A stretch of DNA of 43,059 bases from Dehalococcoidia bacterium (GCA_034430255.1 DAOUEU010000046.1:1-43059); one strand, 5' to 3'. Positions 18,925 to 28,956 are shown, counted from the stretch's first letter. Numbers and translations: made by a program. The notes: generated from the letters alone by a model not told the origin.

Positions 18925-19029
18925 TTTTTTCGAGCCGTCGAGCTGTATAGTTACGCTCACAAAATCGGGGTGTCCTTAGGAATGCTTTACTTAAAACATG
19001 ATCATGTGGCGTAAGCAGAAGGAGGAATC

Positions 19030-19731
19030 GTGGCCAGTGTGGATGTGGTGATCCCGGTCTACAATGAAGAGCATGTCCTTGCTCAAAGCGTCAACACCCT
19101 GAGGCAGTTCCTGAAGGATAACCTGTCTCATCGCTACACCGTCGTTATCGCAGATAACGCCTCCACCGACAGGACATGGGAGATGGCGCAAGCTCTCTCG
19201 AAGGAGCATTCCGATGTCGCTGCACTACACCTTGACCAGAAGGGGCGAGGCCGGGCGCTGTGTAAAGCGTGGTTGGAGAGCGCAGCCGATATCGTGAGCT
19301 ATATGGATGTTGACCTATCAACTGAACTTGCCGCCTTCCCCAAGCTTATCCAGGCTATCGAGGAGGGTTATAGCATAGCTATCGGCTCCCGGCTCCTTCC
19401 AGGCTCATCGGTGAAGCGCTCCTTCAAGCGCGAATTAACCTCCAGAAGCTACAATTTCGTAATTAAGTCGATGTTCAGAACGAGATTCTCTGATGCACAG
19501 TGTGGCTTCAAGGCCTTAAGCAGTCAAGCTGCCCAGGACTTGGTGCCCCTGATCCATAATCAAGAGTGGTTCTTCGACACCGAGTTGCTAATCCTGGCCG
19601 AAAAAAAAGGCTATCGCGTAAAAGAGATACCTGTAGCTTGGATAGAGGACCCCGACACCAGAGTCGCTATTGCCAGTACCGTCTTCGAGGATCTCAAGGG
19701 GTTGCTTAGGCTGAGGTTTCGCTCGGGGTAA
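19030..19731 (+). CDS. Family 2 glycosyltransferase (polyprenol/dolichol-phosphate glycosyltransferase-like)
   Basis: VDVVIPVYNEE...ADNASTDRT...YMDVDLS (DxD)...QCGFK are typical GT2 motifs. The start is a GTG after AGGAGGA. Confidence 0.85.
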   Translation: MASVDVVIPVYNEEHVLAQSVNTLRQFLKDNLSHRYTVVIADNASTDRTWEMAQALSKEHSDVAALHLDQKGRGRALCKAWLESAADIVSYMDVDLSTELAAFPKLIQAIEEGYSIAIGSRLLPGSSVKRSFKRELTSRSYNFVIKSMFRTRFSDAQCGFKALSSQAAQDLVPLIHNQEWFFDTELLILAEKKGYRVKEIPVAWIEDPDTRVAIASTVFEDLKGLLRLRFRSG

Positions 19732-19811
19732 CCTTAGAAAATACGCTGGATTGACTATTTCAACCTAATTATTAAGATTATATTTAGCCAAGCTGGAGGT
19801 GCTCGAAAGCT

Positions 19812-21350
19812 ATGCCTAATGCCGTCCTGGTAATCGATATGGTGCGGGGTTTCTTTGAGGATGGCAGTCCCCTCTACTTAGGTGAGCGGGCACAGCGCAT
19901 TATACCCAATATACAGAGACTTCTGGAGCAAGAGGTAGAGAAAGGCTCCAGGGTATTTTTCCTCTGTGACCATCATGCCCCTGATGACCCGGAGTTCGCC
20001 ATGTTTCCCCCTCATTGTATTGCGGGAACCGCTGAGACAGAGATCATCCCCGAGCTTGCTCATTTTTCGAAAAGTCCTGGAGAGATTATTCCCAAGAGGC
20101 GCTTTAGCTGCTTCTTAGAAACAGACTTAGAGGAAAAGCTAAAGGCATTTGCCCCAGAGAAGCTAATAGTATGCGGCGTTGTCACAGATATCTGTGTCCT
20201 TCATACGGTATTCGATGCCAGGGGTCGAGACTATGAGGTAGATGTACCCCTGGATTGCGTTGCCTCCTTCGATGAACGAGCCCACCATTTTGCCCTGGAA
20301 CATATGGAGAAAGTCCTCGGTGCCAAGCTGGTTAGCCCCCAAACGTCAGTTAAGGTTGACCAAGCTAGATTTTTGACCTCCGATGCTACCCTCTCCGGGG
20401 AAACCGCGGATATTTACTTCGCCCGAACCGTGGAGATTTTACAAAAAGAAGGTCTAAATCCAACGGCAACAATGGAGATATTTCCATCAAAGGCGGGAGT
20501 CCTCTGTGGCATTGAGGAGGTCAAGGCCCTGCTCTCCAGGGTACTACCCCCGGGTAGTGAGGTATGGGCGCTTGCTGAAGGCGAGCTCTTTCAAAGAAAA
20601 GAGGTAGTGCTGCGGATAACCGCGCCCTACCAGAGCTACGGCTTATATGAGACTACTATGTTGGGCATACTGGCCCATTGTAGCGGCTGGGCCACGGCAG
20701 CCAGAGAGTGCGCTGATGCTGCTCACGGGATCCCTATCATCAGTTTCGGAGTTCGCCACATCCACCCCTCGGTAGCTGGGGTGATGGACTATTCTGCTAT
20801 CGTCGGTGGCTGCACCGGCTGCTCCAGCATCGCCGGCGCGAAAATCGCCGGCACGGAGCCATCGGGGACCATGCCCCATGCCATGATCCTTATCATGGGT
20901 GACACTGCCCAGGCTACTGTCGCCTTCGATAAGCATATGCCTCCAGAGGTACCCCGCATCTCCCTGGTCGATACCTTCAAGGATGAGGTAGAGGAAAGTG
21001 TCATCGTTGCTCGAGCGCTTGAGGGGCGTCTCCAGGGAGTGCGCCTCGATACACCATCTGAGCGGGGTCGGGTCACCGCTGACCTGGTCAAGGAGGTTAG
21101 AGCCCATCTCGACCTGGCCGGCTTCAATAAAGTAAGCATCTTCGTCAGCGGGGGGCTTGACCCGGAGCGGATAAGATACTTTCTGGAAAATGGAGCCCCC
21201 GTCGATGGCTTTGGGGTGGGAAGCTACATCAGCGGCGCTAAGCCCATCGACTTCACAGCCGACCTCCACGATATAGAAGGGAAGCCCATTGCGAAGCGGG
21301 GCCGCCTTCCCGGGATCACCGCTAACCCAAACCTCAAGCAGGTTATGTAA
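19812..21350 (+). CDS. Fusion protein: N-terminal nicotinamidase/isochorismatase domain plus C-terminal nicotinate phosphoribosyltransferase (type II PRTase, archaeal/thermophile-like)
   Basis: Residues 1-~180 carry VIDM (Asp), CDHHAPDDPEFAMFPPHC (metal site), a Lys near IPKRRFS and TDICV (Cys), which is the nicotinamidase pattern. Residues ~185-512 carry ADIYFARTVEIL...ETTMLGIL...FGVRH...GTMPHA...LVDTF...GVRLDT...VSGGLD...FGVGS, which is the NAPRTase pattern. Confidence 0.82.
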   Translation: MPNAVLVIDMVRGFFEDGSPLYLGERAQRIIPNIQRLLEQEVEKGSRVFFLCDHHAPDDPEFAMFPPHCIAGTAETEIIPELAHFSKSPGEIIPKRRFSCFLETDLEEKLKAFAPEKLIVCGVVTDICVLHTVFDARGRDYEVDVPLDCVASFDERAHHFALEHMEKVLGAKLVSPQTSVKVDQARFLTSDATLSGETADIYFARTVEILQKEGLNPTATMEIFPSKAGVLCGIEEVKALLSRVLPPGSEVWALAEGELFQRKEVVLRITAPYQSYGLYETTMLGILAHCSGWATAARECADAAHGIPIISFGVRHIHPSVAGVMDYSAIVGGCTGCSSIAGAKIAGTEPSGTMPHAMILIMGDTAQATVAFDKHMPPEVPRISLVDTFKDEVEESVIVARALEGRLQGVRLDTPSERGRVTADLVKEVRAHLDLAGFNKVSIFVSGGLDPERIRYFLENGAPVDGFGVGSYISGAKPIDFTADLHDIEGKPIAKRGRLPGITANPNLKQVM

Positions 21351-21437
21351 GCTCGTCTGCGGGCGCTCGATGCCTCATAAACGTGTGTTTTGAACTGTAT
21401 CAGCGAACGAGGATATTTATGCATATAGCAGTACCTG

Positions 21438-21446
21438 TGCTATAAT
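21438..21446 (+). promoter_or_regulatory. Putative extended -10 promoter element (TGcTATAAT)
   Basis: TG at 21438-21439, C at 21440 and TATAAT at 21441-21446, 18 nt before the ATG at 21465. The -35 is poor (TATGCA). The implied leader is very short. Confidence 0.35.
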
Positions 21447-21464
21447 TTCCGCGCGAGGTATGTT

Positions 21465-22463
21465 ATGAAGGCACTTATTCTAGCTCCTTTTAGTCCATCC
21501 GTTCTAAAAAGGCTAGGACAAAGCCTGGAAGTCATCTATGAGAGCTGGATGGATACCAGGAGGCTGGTGCCAGCAGCTGAGCTTATCGACCGCATTCAAG
21601 GGCAGGATATAGAAATAGTCATAATCGAGGCTGACTTCATTTTTCGCGAGGTTTTCGAGAGAGGTAGAAAACTGAAGCTCGTGGGGGCTTGCAGGGGTAA
21701 TGTGACCCATGTTGATATAGAGGCGGCTACGGAGCATTGTGTTCTGGTAGTTAACACCCCTGCCAGGAACGCTACTGCTGTGGCGGAACTGACGGTGGGT
21801 CTAATGCTGGCTCTGGTGCGAAATATCCCCAAAGCACATCAAATGGTAAGCTCAGGTGCATGGGTTGATCCGACTGTCTGCTACTCTTTGTTTCGCGGCA
21901 CTGAGCTTGCTGGAAAGACCATAGGTATAGTTGGGTTTGGCGCTATCGGGCAACAAGTAACCAAGAGGCTTAGCGCCTTTGATGCCTCTATCCTGGTGTA
22001 TGATCCCTATGTCAACAACGAGGAAATAAAAAGGGTGGGGGCTAGTCCTACGGGGCTTGACGAGCTGGTAGCGCAATCGGATTTCGTTACACTTCACTGC
22101 CCAACTATTCCGGAGACCATGGGGCTCATCAATGCACAGAGAATTGCTTCTATGAAGCCAACAGCCTATCTGTTGAATACCGCTGGGTCAACCGTAGTCG
22201 ATCAGGGAGCAATTGTCCAGGCTTTGAGAGAAGGACACATTGCTGGGGCTGCCTTCGATGTCTACGAGACCTGGCCGGTGAAGCCGGACAACCCGCTTCT
22301 GAAGCTAGACAACGTAATCCTCACTCCCCACATCGGAGGGTCGACGGAGGAGACCGTGGAGCGCCATTCCAGGATGATTGCTGACGATATAGAAAGATTT
22401 TTAAATAGGGAGCGCCCCGAGAATTTGCTCAATCCTCAAGTGTGGAATAGAGTTGACAAATAA
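21465..22463 (+). CDS. D-isomer-specific 2-hydroxyacid dehydrogenase (phosphoglycerate dehydrogenase-like)
   Basis: GKTIGIVGFGAIGQQV is a Rossmann motif. ...LHCP...NTAG (a variant of the usual N.aRG; I do not see the Arg)...DV...TPHIGGST give the catalytic His/Glu pattern. Confidence 0.88.
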   Translation: MKALILAPFSPSVLKRLGQSLEVIYESWMDTRRLVPAAELIDRIQGQDIEIVIIEADFIFREVFERGRKLKLVGACRGNVTHVDIEAATEHCVLVVNTPARNATAVAELTVGLMLALVRNIPKAHQMVSSGAWVDPTVCYSLFRGTELAGKTIGIVGFGAIGQQVTKRLSAFDASILVYDPYVNNEEIKRVGASPTGLDELVAQSDFVTLHCPTIPETMGLINAQRIASMKPTAYLLNTAGSTVVDQGAIVQALREGHIAGAAFDVYETWPVKPDNPLLKLDNVILTPHIGGSTEETVERHSRMIADDIERFLNRERPENLLNPQVWNRVDK

Positions 22464-23985
22464 GTACGTGCTAGCCATTGATGCCGGCTCTTCAGGTGTC
22501 CACGTCCTAATTGCCGACCTCCAGGGCCACCCGGTTTCTCTTATACATCAGGAATGGTGCTACGACATACCTGCCGAGGTTGCCCCATTGGGGCGGGAAT
22601 TCGATCCCGTAGAATTTTTGGGTACCATCTGCCATCTAATCGGAGAATCCATTAAAAAAGCGGCGATAACCCCCGATGAAATTATCGCGGTCAGTGCTGC
22701 CAGCCAGAGGGAGGGTGTGGTCTTTCTGGATAAGGATGGGCACGAGCTGTATGCAGGCCCCAACGTTGATCTCAGAGCCCTATCCGAAGGCTTCTCCATC
22801 GATAGCGAGTTTGGCAATGAAATTTACCAGATCACCGGTCATGCCCCTTCATTTATGTTTACCCCCGCCAAGCTTAGGTGGTTCAGGGCTAATCATCCAC
22901 AAATATATGAGCGGATAGCCACGGTGCTTTCCATCAGCGACTGGATCATCTACCGTCTATCTGGCGAGCGGGTTGGCGAGCTTTCCAGTGATTGCGATAT
23001 AGGCCTGGTTGATATCTGTGAATTGAATTGGTCCAGCCGGTTGATGGAAATGCTTGAGTTGCCTGCTGGTATTTATCCCGAAATCACAACCGCTGGTACC
23101 TGCGTTGGGACGGTCACAGCAGCGGCTGCCGAGCAGACAGGCCTGGCTACTGGCACACCAGTTGTAGTTGGTGGTGCCGATACCCAGTGTGGCCTGCTTG
23201 GCATGGGGGTAGAAGATGAAGGGCAGGTGGGGATTGTAGTAGGATGGAGTGGCTCTAATCAAATGGTGACTGCACAGCCGATTATCGATTCCGGATGTAG
23301 GCTTTGGACAGGTTGCCATATCCTCCCTGGGAAGTGGATTTTGGAGAGTAACGCCGGTGAAGCAGGAGGCGCCTATCGGTGGCTAAAAGGGCTCATCTTC
23401 AGCGAGTCAAATAAAGATATGTACGCCCGGATGGATGATTTGGCACAAGAGGCACCGCTTGGTGCTGGAGGGGTACTTGCCTTCATCGGGCCAATGGTGA
23501 TGGATATGAGCCGGCTTAGACCAAGCCTGGGGGGCTTTATTTTCCCCACTACCCCGAGTGTGACAAATATCGAGAGAAAACATCTCATCAGGGCGGCTCT
23601 GGAGAACATCTGCTTCGCTTTTAAAGCTAACTGCGCCCAGCTAGAGGAGATCTCCGGACTCAGTGTAAAGGGGATGAGCATTGGGGGCGGTTTAGCACAG
23701 AGCCGATGCCTGGTTCAAATTCTCTCCGATTTAATTGGCATGGAAGTTGCTTCCTTCGATTTACCCCAAGTCTCATCCCTGGGAGCAGCCATGTGTGCTG
23801 CCGTTGGCTCTGGCATATATGACAACCTGGAGCAGGCTATGGAGGCGATGCTCCCTATACCCAGAATGGTTGAGCCAGATCGTAAGAGGGCCAAAGAATA
23901 TTCACAGTACTATAGGAGATGGATTGCCACTGCTAAGTGGCTGGAGGATTTAAATGACAAATGGTATGAGCAAGTGGAACGCTGA
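22453..23985 (+). CDS. FGGY-family carbohydrate kinase (substrate unknown)
   Basis: KYVLAIDAGSSGVHVLI is the N-terminal actin-fold phosphate-1 motif, followed by ...VVVGGADTQCGLLG... and ...GGGLAQS. The TTG start overlaps the preceding gene by 11 nt. An alternative GTG lies at 22468. Confidence 0.85.
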   Translation: MTNKYVLAIDAGSSGVHVLIADLQGHPVSLIHQEWCYDIPAEVAPLGREFDPVEFLGTICHLIGESIKKAAITPDEIIAVSAASQREGVVFLDKDGHELYAGPNVDLRALSEGFSIDSEFGNEIYQITGHAPSFMFTPAKLRWFRANHPQIYERIATVLSISDWIIYRLSGERVGELSSDCDIGLVDICELNWSSRLMEMLELPAGIYPEITTAGTCVGTVTAAAAEQTGLATGTPVVVGGADTQCGLLGMGVEDEGQVGIVVGWSGSNQMVTAQPIIDSGCRLWTGCHILPGKWILESNAGEAGGAYRWLKGLIFSESNKDMYARMDDLAQEAPLGAGGVLAFIGPMVMDMSRLRPSLGGFIFPTTPSVTNIERKHLIRAALENICFAFKANCAQLEEISGLSVKGMSIGGGLAQSRCLVQILSDLIGMEVASFDLPQVSSLGAAMCAAVGSGIYDNLEQAMEAMLPIPRMVEPDRKRAKEYSQYYRRWIATAKWLEDLNDKWYEQVER

Positions 23986-24628
23986 GAAGAAATCTGTACT
24001 TGAGGCCGCCCAGCAGATGGCCCAAATGGGATTGGTGGTAGGCACCTCGGGAAATGTGAGCATGCGCCTCGGAGAGCACAACGGCAGGGAACTGATGGCA
24101 ATCACTCCCAATGCGCGTTACTACGATACAATCGATGTCGATGACATAGTAGTTGCCGATTTCGAGGGAGAGAACGTCGAGGGAGAGTTAAGAATATCTA
24201 TAGAGAATCTGCTGCATATCGGTGTTTACAAAGCACGCACGAAGGTAAATGCAATTATTCACACTCACCCCGTTTTCGGCAGTGCCATTTCTGTTACCGG
24301 ACTGGAGATCCCTGCTTTTCTCGATGACCAGATTACCTATATTGGCGGGGAGATAAAGGTGGCCGAATATGCCCTTCCCGGCACTCCGGAACTGGTGGAG
24401 AATGTGCTATCAGCTCTGGGGCCCAGGAACGGAGTTCTACTAGCAAATCACGGCGCCTTAAGCGTGGGGAGGGACATGAGGGAGGCATTTACCGTCTGCG
24501 AGATGTTGGAGAAGACAGCGAAGATATATGTATATGCACTGGGCCTGGGGATTATTAACCCGGTTCCTGCCAATGCAGCGGAGGTGGAGAAGGCCTTCTT
24601 TAATTTTCTCTATGGCGAGAGTGAATGA
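23954..24628 (+). CDS. Class II aldolase/adducin-family protein (fuculose/ribulose-phosphate aldolase or epimerase-like)
   Basis: GLVVGTSGNVSMRL, IHTHPVFG and LLANHGALSVG supply the Zn-binding His residues. GGAGGA lies 5 nt upstream of the ATG. The gene overlaps the kinase 3' end by 32 nt. Confidence 0.88.
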   Translation: MTNGMSKWNAEKKSVLEAAQQMAQMGLVVGTSGNVSMRLGEHNGRELMAITPNARYYDTIDVDDIVVADFEGENVEGELRISIENLLHIGVYKARTKVNAIIHTHPVFGSAISVTGLEIPAFLDDQITYIGGEIKVAEYALPGTPELVENVLSALGPRNGVLLANHGALSVGRDMREAFTVCEMLEKTAKIYVYALGLGIINPVPANAAEVEKAFFNFLYGESE

Positions 24629-24777
24629 TAGCAAGCCAACACGCTTTACCTAACACTTAAGGGGTTTTAAATAATTTACTCGAAAGGCTTCTCACAAACA
24701 ACTGCAAATGTAGACAGATCTGGTGATATGTTTACGATATTTAAATGTGTGGTGCAATGATGAAGGTGAAAACATTT

Positions 24778-26190
24778 ATGTCTAGAATACAGGGTGCGCC
24801 TTCCGAGTTCATAGAAAAAGTGAAGTATATTGTGGGGGAGGAAAATGTCTCGGAGAAGGAATGCGACCTCATTTCTTACAGTCTTGACTACTGGCTATAC
24901 GGGGTATACCTTTCTCAGTATGGCAACTTGCCGTCGCTTCCCGGTGTAGTTATCTCTCCACAGAATCACGATGAAATACAGGGTATCCTGAAACATGCCA
25001 ATGAATATAAGGTCCCCATCACTCCATTCGGTGGCGGCTCTGGTGTTCTTGGTGGGACTATTCCCACAGAAGGGGGCGCTATCCTGAACCTTCAGAGAAT
25101 GAATAAATTTATCTCCCTGGATGAAATATCACTGGTCGCTGAGTTCGAAGCTGGAATTATCGGTGCAAATCTGGAGCGGGAGTTAAATCATAGGGGTTAT
25201 TCAATGGGTAATATTCCCCAGTCTCTCTACTGCTCCACCCTCGGTGGGTGGATCTCAACCCGCGCTGTGGGGCAGTTCTCCACCAAATACGGGAAGATCG
25301 AGGACATGGTTCTGGGAATGGAGGTAGTCCTTCCTGATGGGAATTTTATTGATATCAAACCGGTTCCTCGACGCTCCACCGGACCTTCACTGAAGGACCT
25401 GTTCTTGGGTGGTGAAGGAAGCCTTGGCATAGTGACCCAGGCAGTGGTATCGGTTCACCCTTTGCCAGAAGGGACGGTAAAACAATCGTTTATTTTCCAC
25501 TCCATCGAAGCGGCGTTGGGTGTGGTACGGAGAATTCTGAGAGGCGATGCCAGGCCCGCAGTGGTGAGAATATTCGATGAAGCTGAAACCGAAAGGTATT
25601 TCGGGGAAATAAAAGACAAGGTAACGGTTATCTTCATCTCCGAAGGCGATTCAGATTACGTGGCACTCGGAAGCAGTGTCATTAAAAGAATTGCCCAGGA
25701 AAATGGAGGGGAGCCTCTGGGAGAGGAGCCGGTTAATATATGGCTTAAAAAACGTTTCGATATTGGCTTAGGTCCAGTAATAATGCAACAGGGGGCAATC
25801 GTAGATACAATTGAGGTTGTTTCTCTATTCACAGATGCCGCAAATCTCTATAACGATATGATCGAATCAATGAAGGAAGTAGATGGTGCACTATCGGTTT
25901 CGGGGCATTTCTCCCATTTTTACCCGGAAGGGGCCTGCCTGTATATCACATTCGCCGGCTTCCCCAAAGACCCGTTCCGTTACTATCAGGATACATGGAC
26001 GGCTGCCATGGAAGCCACTTTAAGGAACAACGGCTCTATTAGCCATCACCATGGAATTGGATACTGGCGAAGGCAGTATATGCAGCAGGAGCTGGGTGCT
26101 CATGGGGTCGAACTGCTAAAGAGAATTAAGTTTGCATTAGACCCGAATGGTATTCTGAACAGAGGAAAACTCATCGAAGATGGAAGATAA
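24778..26190 (+). CDS. FAD-linked oxidase, GlcD / alkyl-DHAP-synthase (AGPS)-like
   Basis: ITPFGGGSGVLGGTIP is a PCMH FAD-binding motif. The C-terminal ISHHHGIGYWRRQYM...LDPNGILNRGKL closely resembles the AGPS-type HHHGVG tail. I chose the ATG at 24778 (AAGGTGA 8 nt upstream). Alternative ATGs lie at 24745, 24757 and 24760. Confidence 0.85.
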   Translation: MSRIQGAPSEFIEKVKYIVGEENVSEKECDLISYSLDYWLYGVYLSQYGNLPSLPGVVISPQNHDEIQGILKHANEYKVPITPFGGGSGVLGGTIPTEGGAILNLQRMNKFISLDEISLVAEFEAGIIGANLERELNHRGYSMGNIPQSLYCSTLGGWISTRAVGQFSTKYGKIEDMVLGMEVVLPDGNFIDIKPVPRRSTGPSLKDLFLGGEGSLGIVTQAVVSVHPLPEGTVKQSFIFHSIEAALGVVRRILRGDARPAVVRIFDEAETERYFGEIKDKVTVIFISEGDSDYVALGSSVIKRIAQENGGEPLGEEPVNIWLKKRFDIGLGPVIMQQGAIVDTIEVVSLFTDAANLYNDMIESMKEVDGALSVSGHFSHFYPEGACLYITFAGFPKDPFRYYQDTWTAAMEATLRNNGSISHHHGIGYWRRQYMQQELGAHGVELLKRIKFALDPNGILNRGKLIEDGR

Positions 26191-27253
26191 AAGAGAAACG
26201 GAACAGCTCACCAATTGTGCACTGTGCGCCAACATGTGTAAACATAGTTGTCCCACGTATCTTGCCACGGGAAAGGAAACAATTACCCCTCAGAAAATAG
26301 CACGCCTCATTCTATATGAGAAAAAGTCATTTATTGATGACAAATCAGGCTTCTTTGACGTTATGTTCCAGAGTGCCATGTGCGGAGCATGCAAGGCACA
26401 CTGTATCTACGATAATTATGACCTGAGGAAATTCATTCAAAAAGGGCGAAGCAAGGCTTTCAAAGAGGGCATGCTTCCAGATGAGACCAGGCAACGAATA
26501 GAAACATTCATGAGCTTTGGTAATCCCTATGGTGAGCGGCAGCTCATTCAAAAGGGAACGGGAGACATCGGTTATTTCGTTTCCTGTTCTGCATACAATG
26601 ATCAACAGTTGCTGAAGGCGATAGATAAGATAATCACGGTAAGCAAGGGGCAGGTTCACCAATTCGGCGGTGCCGATATCTGCTGTGGCGCACCCCTTTA
26701 CTACGCTGGAGATACCAATGGATTCAAGCAGGCAGCAGAAAAAATGAAAGGGGAGATTAAAAAGAGAAAACTGCGGAAGGTCATTGTAGATTGTCCTAAT
26801 TGTATGAAAATGCTGACCGAGATGTACCACGAAGTGGGCATTGATCTAGATGTGGAATTTGTTCACACTACCCAATTCCTCAATGACATCCTTAAAGAAG
26901 GGAAGATAAAGGTAAACCGGGCAAATACTACGGCAACCTTTCACGACCCCTGTATCCTGGTAAACGATATGGGTATTACCACTATCCCCAGGGATATCCT
27001 TGGAGTACTGGGGTTTGAGATAATAGAGCCAGTTTACTCACGAGAGGATACACACTGCTGCGGGGGAGTATGCGGAGAGAGAATTGGAGACTGCAGCCTT
27101 AGCGATAAATTAAGGTTGATGCGCATCAGTGAACTTAAGCAAACCGATGCCGATGTCTACCTGTCAGCGTGTCCTACCTGCAAAGCTGTCCTATCTGATG
27201 TGGGTATGAAGGATATAACCGAACTCGTTGCCGAGCAGATGATCAATGACTGA
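26180..27253 (+). CDS. (Fe-S)-binding oxidoreductase subunit with two CCG domains (GlcF/GlpC/LutA-like)
   Basis: CALCANMCKHSCP and CGACKAHC are ferredoxin-like Cys clusters. CCGAPLYY and HCCGG, together with CPNC and CPTC, are CCG-domain signatures. The gene overlaps the flavoprotein gene by 11 nt. Confidence 0.85.
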   Translation: MEDKRETEQLTNCALCANMCKHSCPTYLATGKETITPQKIARLILYEKKSFIDDKSGFFDVMFQSAMCGACKAHCIYDNYDLRKFIQKGRSKAFKEGMLPDETRQRIETFMSFGNPYGERQLIQKGTGDIGYFVSCSAYNDQQLLKAIDKIITVSKGQVHQFGGADICCGAPLYYAGDTNGFKQAAEKMKGEIKKRKLRKVIVDCPNCMKMLTEMYHEVGIDLDVEFVHTTQFLNDILKEGKIKVNRANTTATFHDPCILVNDMGITTIPRDILGVLGFEIIEPVYSREDTHCCGGVCGERIGDCSLSDKLRLMRISELKQTDADVYLSACPTCKAVLSDVGMKDITELVAEQMIND

Positions 27254-27399
27254 AGGGAAGCTGACACGAACCATAAGGGTGGCTTCTCTATGCCAAGGGT
27301 TACTTAGATCATAAGCAGAGGGGTAAATATTGAACGGGAACTCGCCACCTGGGTCGGGTGCAAATCCTTTAGACTGAGTGAAAAAATAAAGGTAGAAAG

Positions 27400-28956
27400 A
27401 TGAAATACTTTGTCGTCATCGATGGGGGGACGCAGAATATAAAGGCATTCATCTTCGATGAGAAGGGAAATGAGGTATATGGCGATGCATATCCGGTGAC
27501 CCCCTACTTTGCTCCACAACCTAATTTTGCCGAGCAGGATGCAGCCGAGTATTTAAAAATTACCCAGAAAGTAACGAGGAGTGTGGTGGAAAATTCCAGT
27601 GTTCCCAGAGACGAGCTCGCTGCAGTTGCCATTACAACTCACAGAAGCACCATTGTACCTGTCAATGCAGATGGTAGACCGGTTCGTCCAGCTATCACCT
27701 GGCTTGATGAGCGCAAAACAGAGGGGCTTAAGCTCCCCGGTGGAGCCTTACTATCACTGGTGTTCAGGATTTCTCGAATGACACCAAAACTAAAAGAGTA
27801 TCAGAGAAGGTCTAAGTTTAACTGGATCAGAAAGTATGAGCCGGAAAATTATGATAAGACGCATATATTCCTCACTGTCTCATCTTATATCTTTCACGCA
27901 CTAACAAGCCAATTCAAAGATTGTTCCTCCATGATAGTAGGGCTGTTCCCCATAGACCTTAAGGGTCTTAAGTGGCATCCCAAAGAAGTTGTATACCAGA
28001 TTTTCGGAGTTGAGCGAGAAAAGTTACCTCCACTAGTTTCACCAGCCGAGATTGCAGGGACGGTTTCAGAAGAAGGCGCAAGAGCATTCGGTATACCGCA
28101 AGGTCTCCCCGTGATCATCGGAGCGGGGGATAAACAATCTGAACTGCTGGGCGCTGGCGCAATAAGTAACGATGTCGCTGAAATCAGCTACGGAACGGCT
28201 GCGGTCATTGAATTACTCTCCAACAAATATGTAGAGCATCCTCAGATGGATTTCTTTACCTGGGGAGCAGCAATTCCCAATCACTGGGCACTCGAAGGCT
28301 TTGTGGGGAGAGGATACTGGATGGTATCCTGGTTCAGGAGGGAATTTGCCAAATACGAGGAGGAAGAGGCTAAGAAACTCGGGACAGAGCCAGAGGGGCT
28401 GTTGGATAAAAAACTGGAGGATATACCTCCCGGTTCTATGGGCTTGGTTCTTCAGCCTTACTGGCATCCGCTTGAGAATGACCCTCTTTCAAAAGGTGCA
28501 ATAATAGGCTTCTCCGGTGAGCATACGAGGCAGCATATTTACAGGGCGATTATCGAAGGTATTGCATATGAGTTGCGCAGACTGGGGGAAATAATTGCAG
28601 AGTATTCCGGATGCAGCATAAAGGAGCTCAGGGTCGGTGGCGGAGGCTCAAAAAGCGACGAAGTCATGCAAATTACCGCCGACATTTTCAACCTTCCCAC
28701 AAGCAGGTTGCATACCAGCAATCTTTCAGCATTGGGTGCAGCCATAGATGCCGCTGTTACCTTGAGGGTATATGACAATTTCCCTGAAGCTGTGGACCAT
28801 ATGGTAAGAGTAACGCACACCTTCACTCCCCGCGAGGAGAATGTAAAAATTTATAACAGGTTGTTTAATGATGTATATAAAAAGATTTATCCAACATTGT
28901 CACCATTACACAATAGAATTGCAGAAATCACCGGATACCCAAAGATAAGATTATAG
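27400..28956 (+). CDS. FGGY-family carbohydrate kinase, second paralogue (substrate unknown)
   Basis: MKYFVVIDGGTQNIKAFIFD...IIGAGDKQSELLGAG...VGGGGSKSDEVMQ are FGGY N- and C-domain motifs. Confidence 0.85.
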   Translation: MKYFVVIDGGTQNIKAFIFDEKGNEVYGDAYPVTPYFAPQPNFAEQDAAEYLKITQKVTRSVVENSSVPRDELAAVAITTHRSTIVPVNADGRPVRPAITWLDERKTEGLKLPGGALLSLVFRISRMTPKLKEYQRRSKFNWIRKYEPENYDKTHIFLTVSSYIFHALTSQFKDCSSMIVGLFPIDLKGLKWHPKEVVYQIFGVEREKLPPLVSPAEIAGTVSEEGARAFGIPQGLPVIIGAGDKQSELLGAGAISNDVAEISYGTAAVIELLSNKYVEHPQMDFFTWGAAIPNHWALEGFVGRGYWMVSWFRREFAKYEEEEAKKLGTEPEGLLDKKLEDIPPGSMGLVLQPYWHPLENDPLSKGAIIGFSGEHTRQHIYRAIIEGIAYELRRLGEIIAEYSGCSIKELRVGGGGSKSDEVMQITADIFNLPTSRLHTSNLSALGAAIDAAVTLRVYDNFPEAVDHMVRVTHTFTPREENVKIYNRLFNDVYKKIYPTLSPLHNRIAEITGYPKIRL

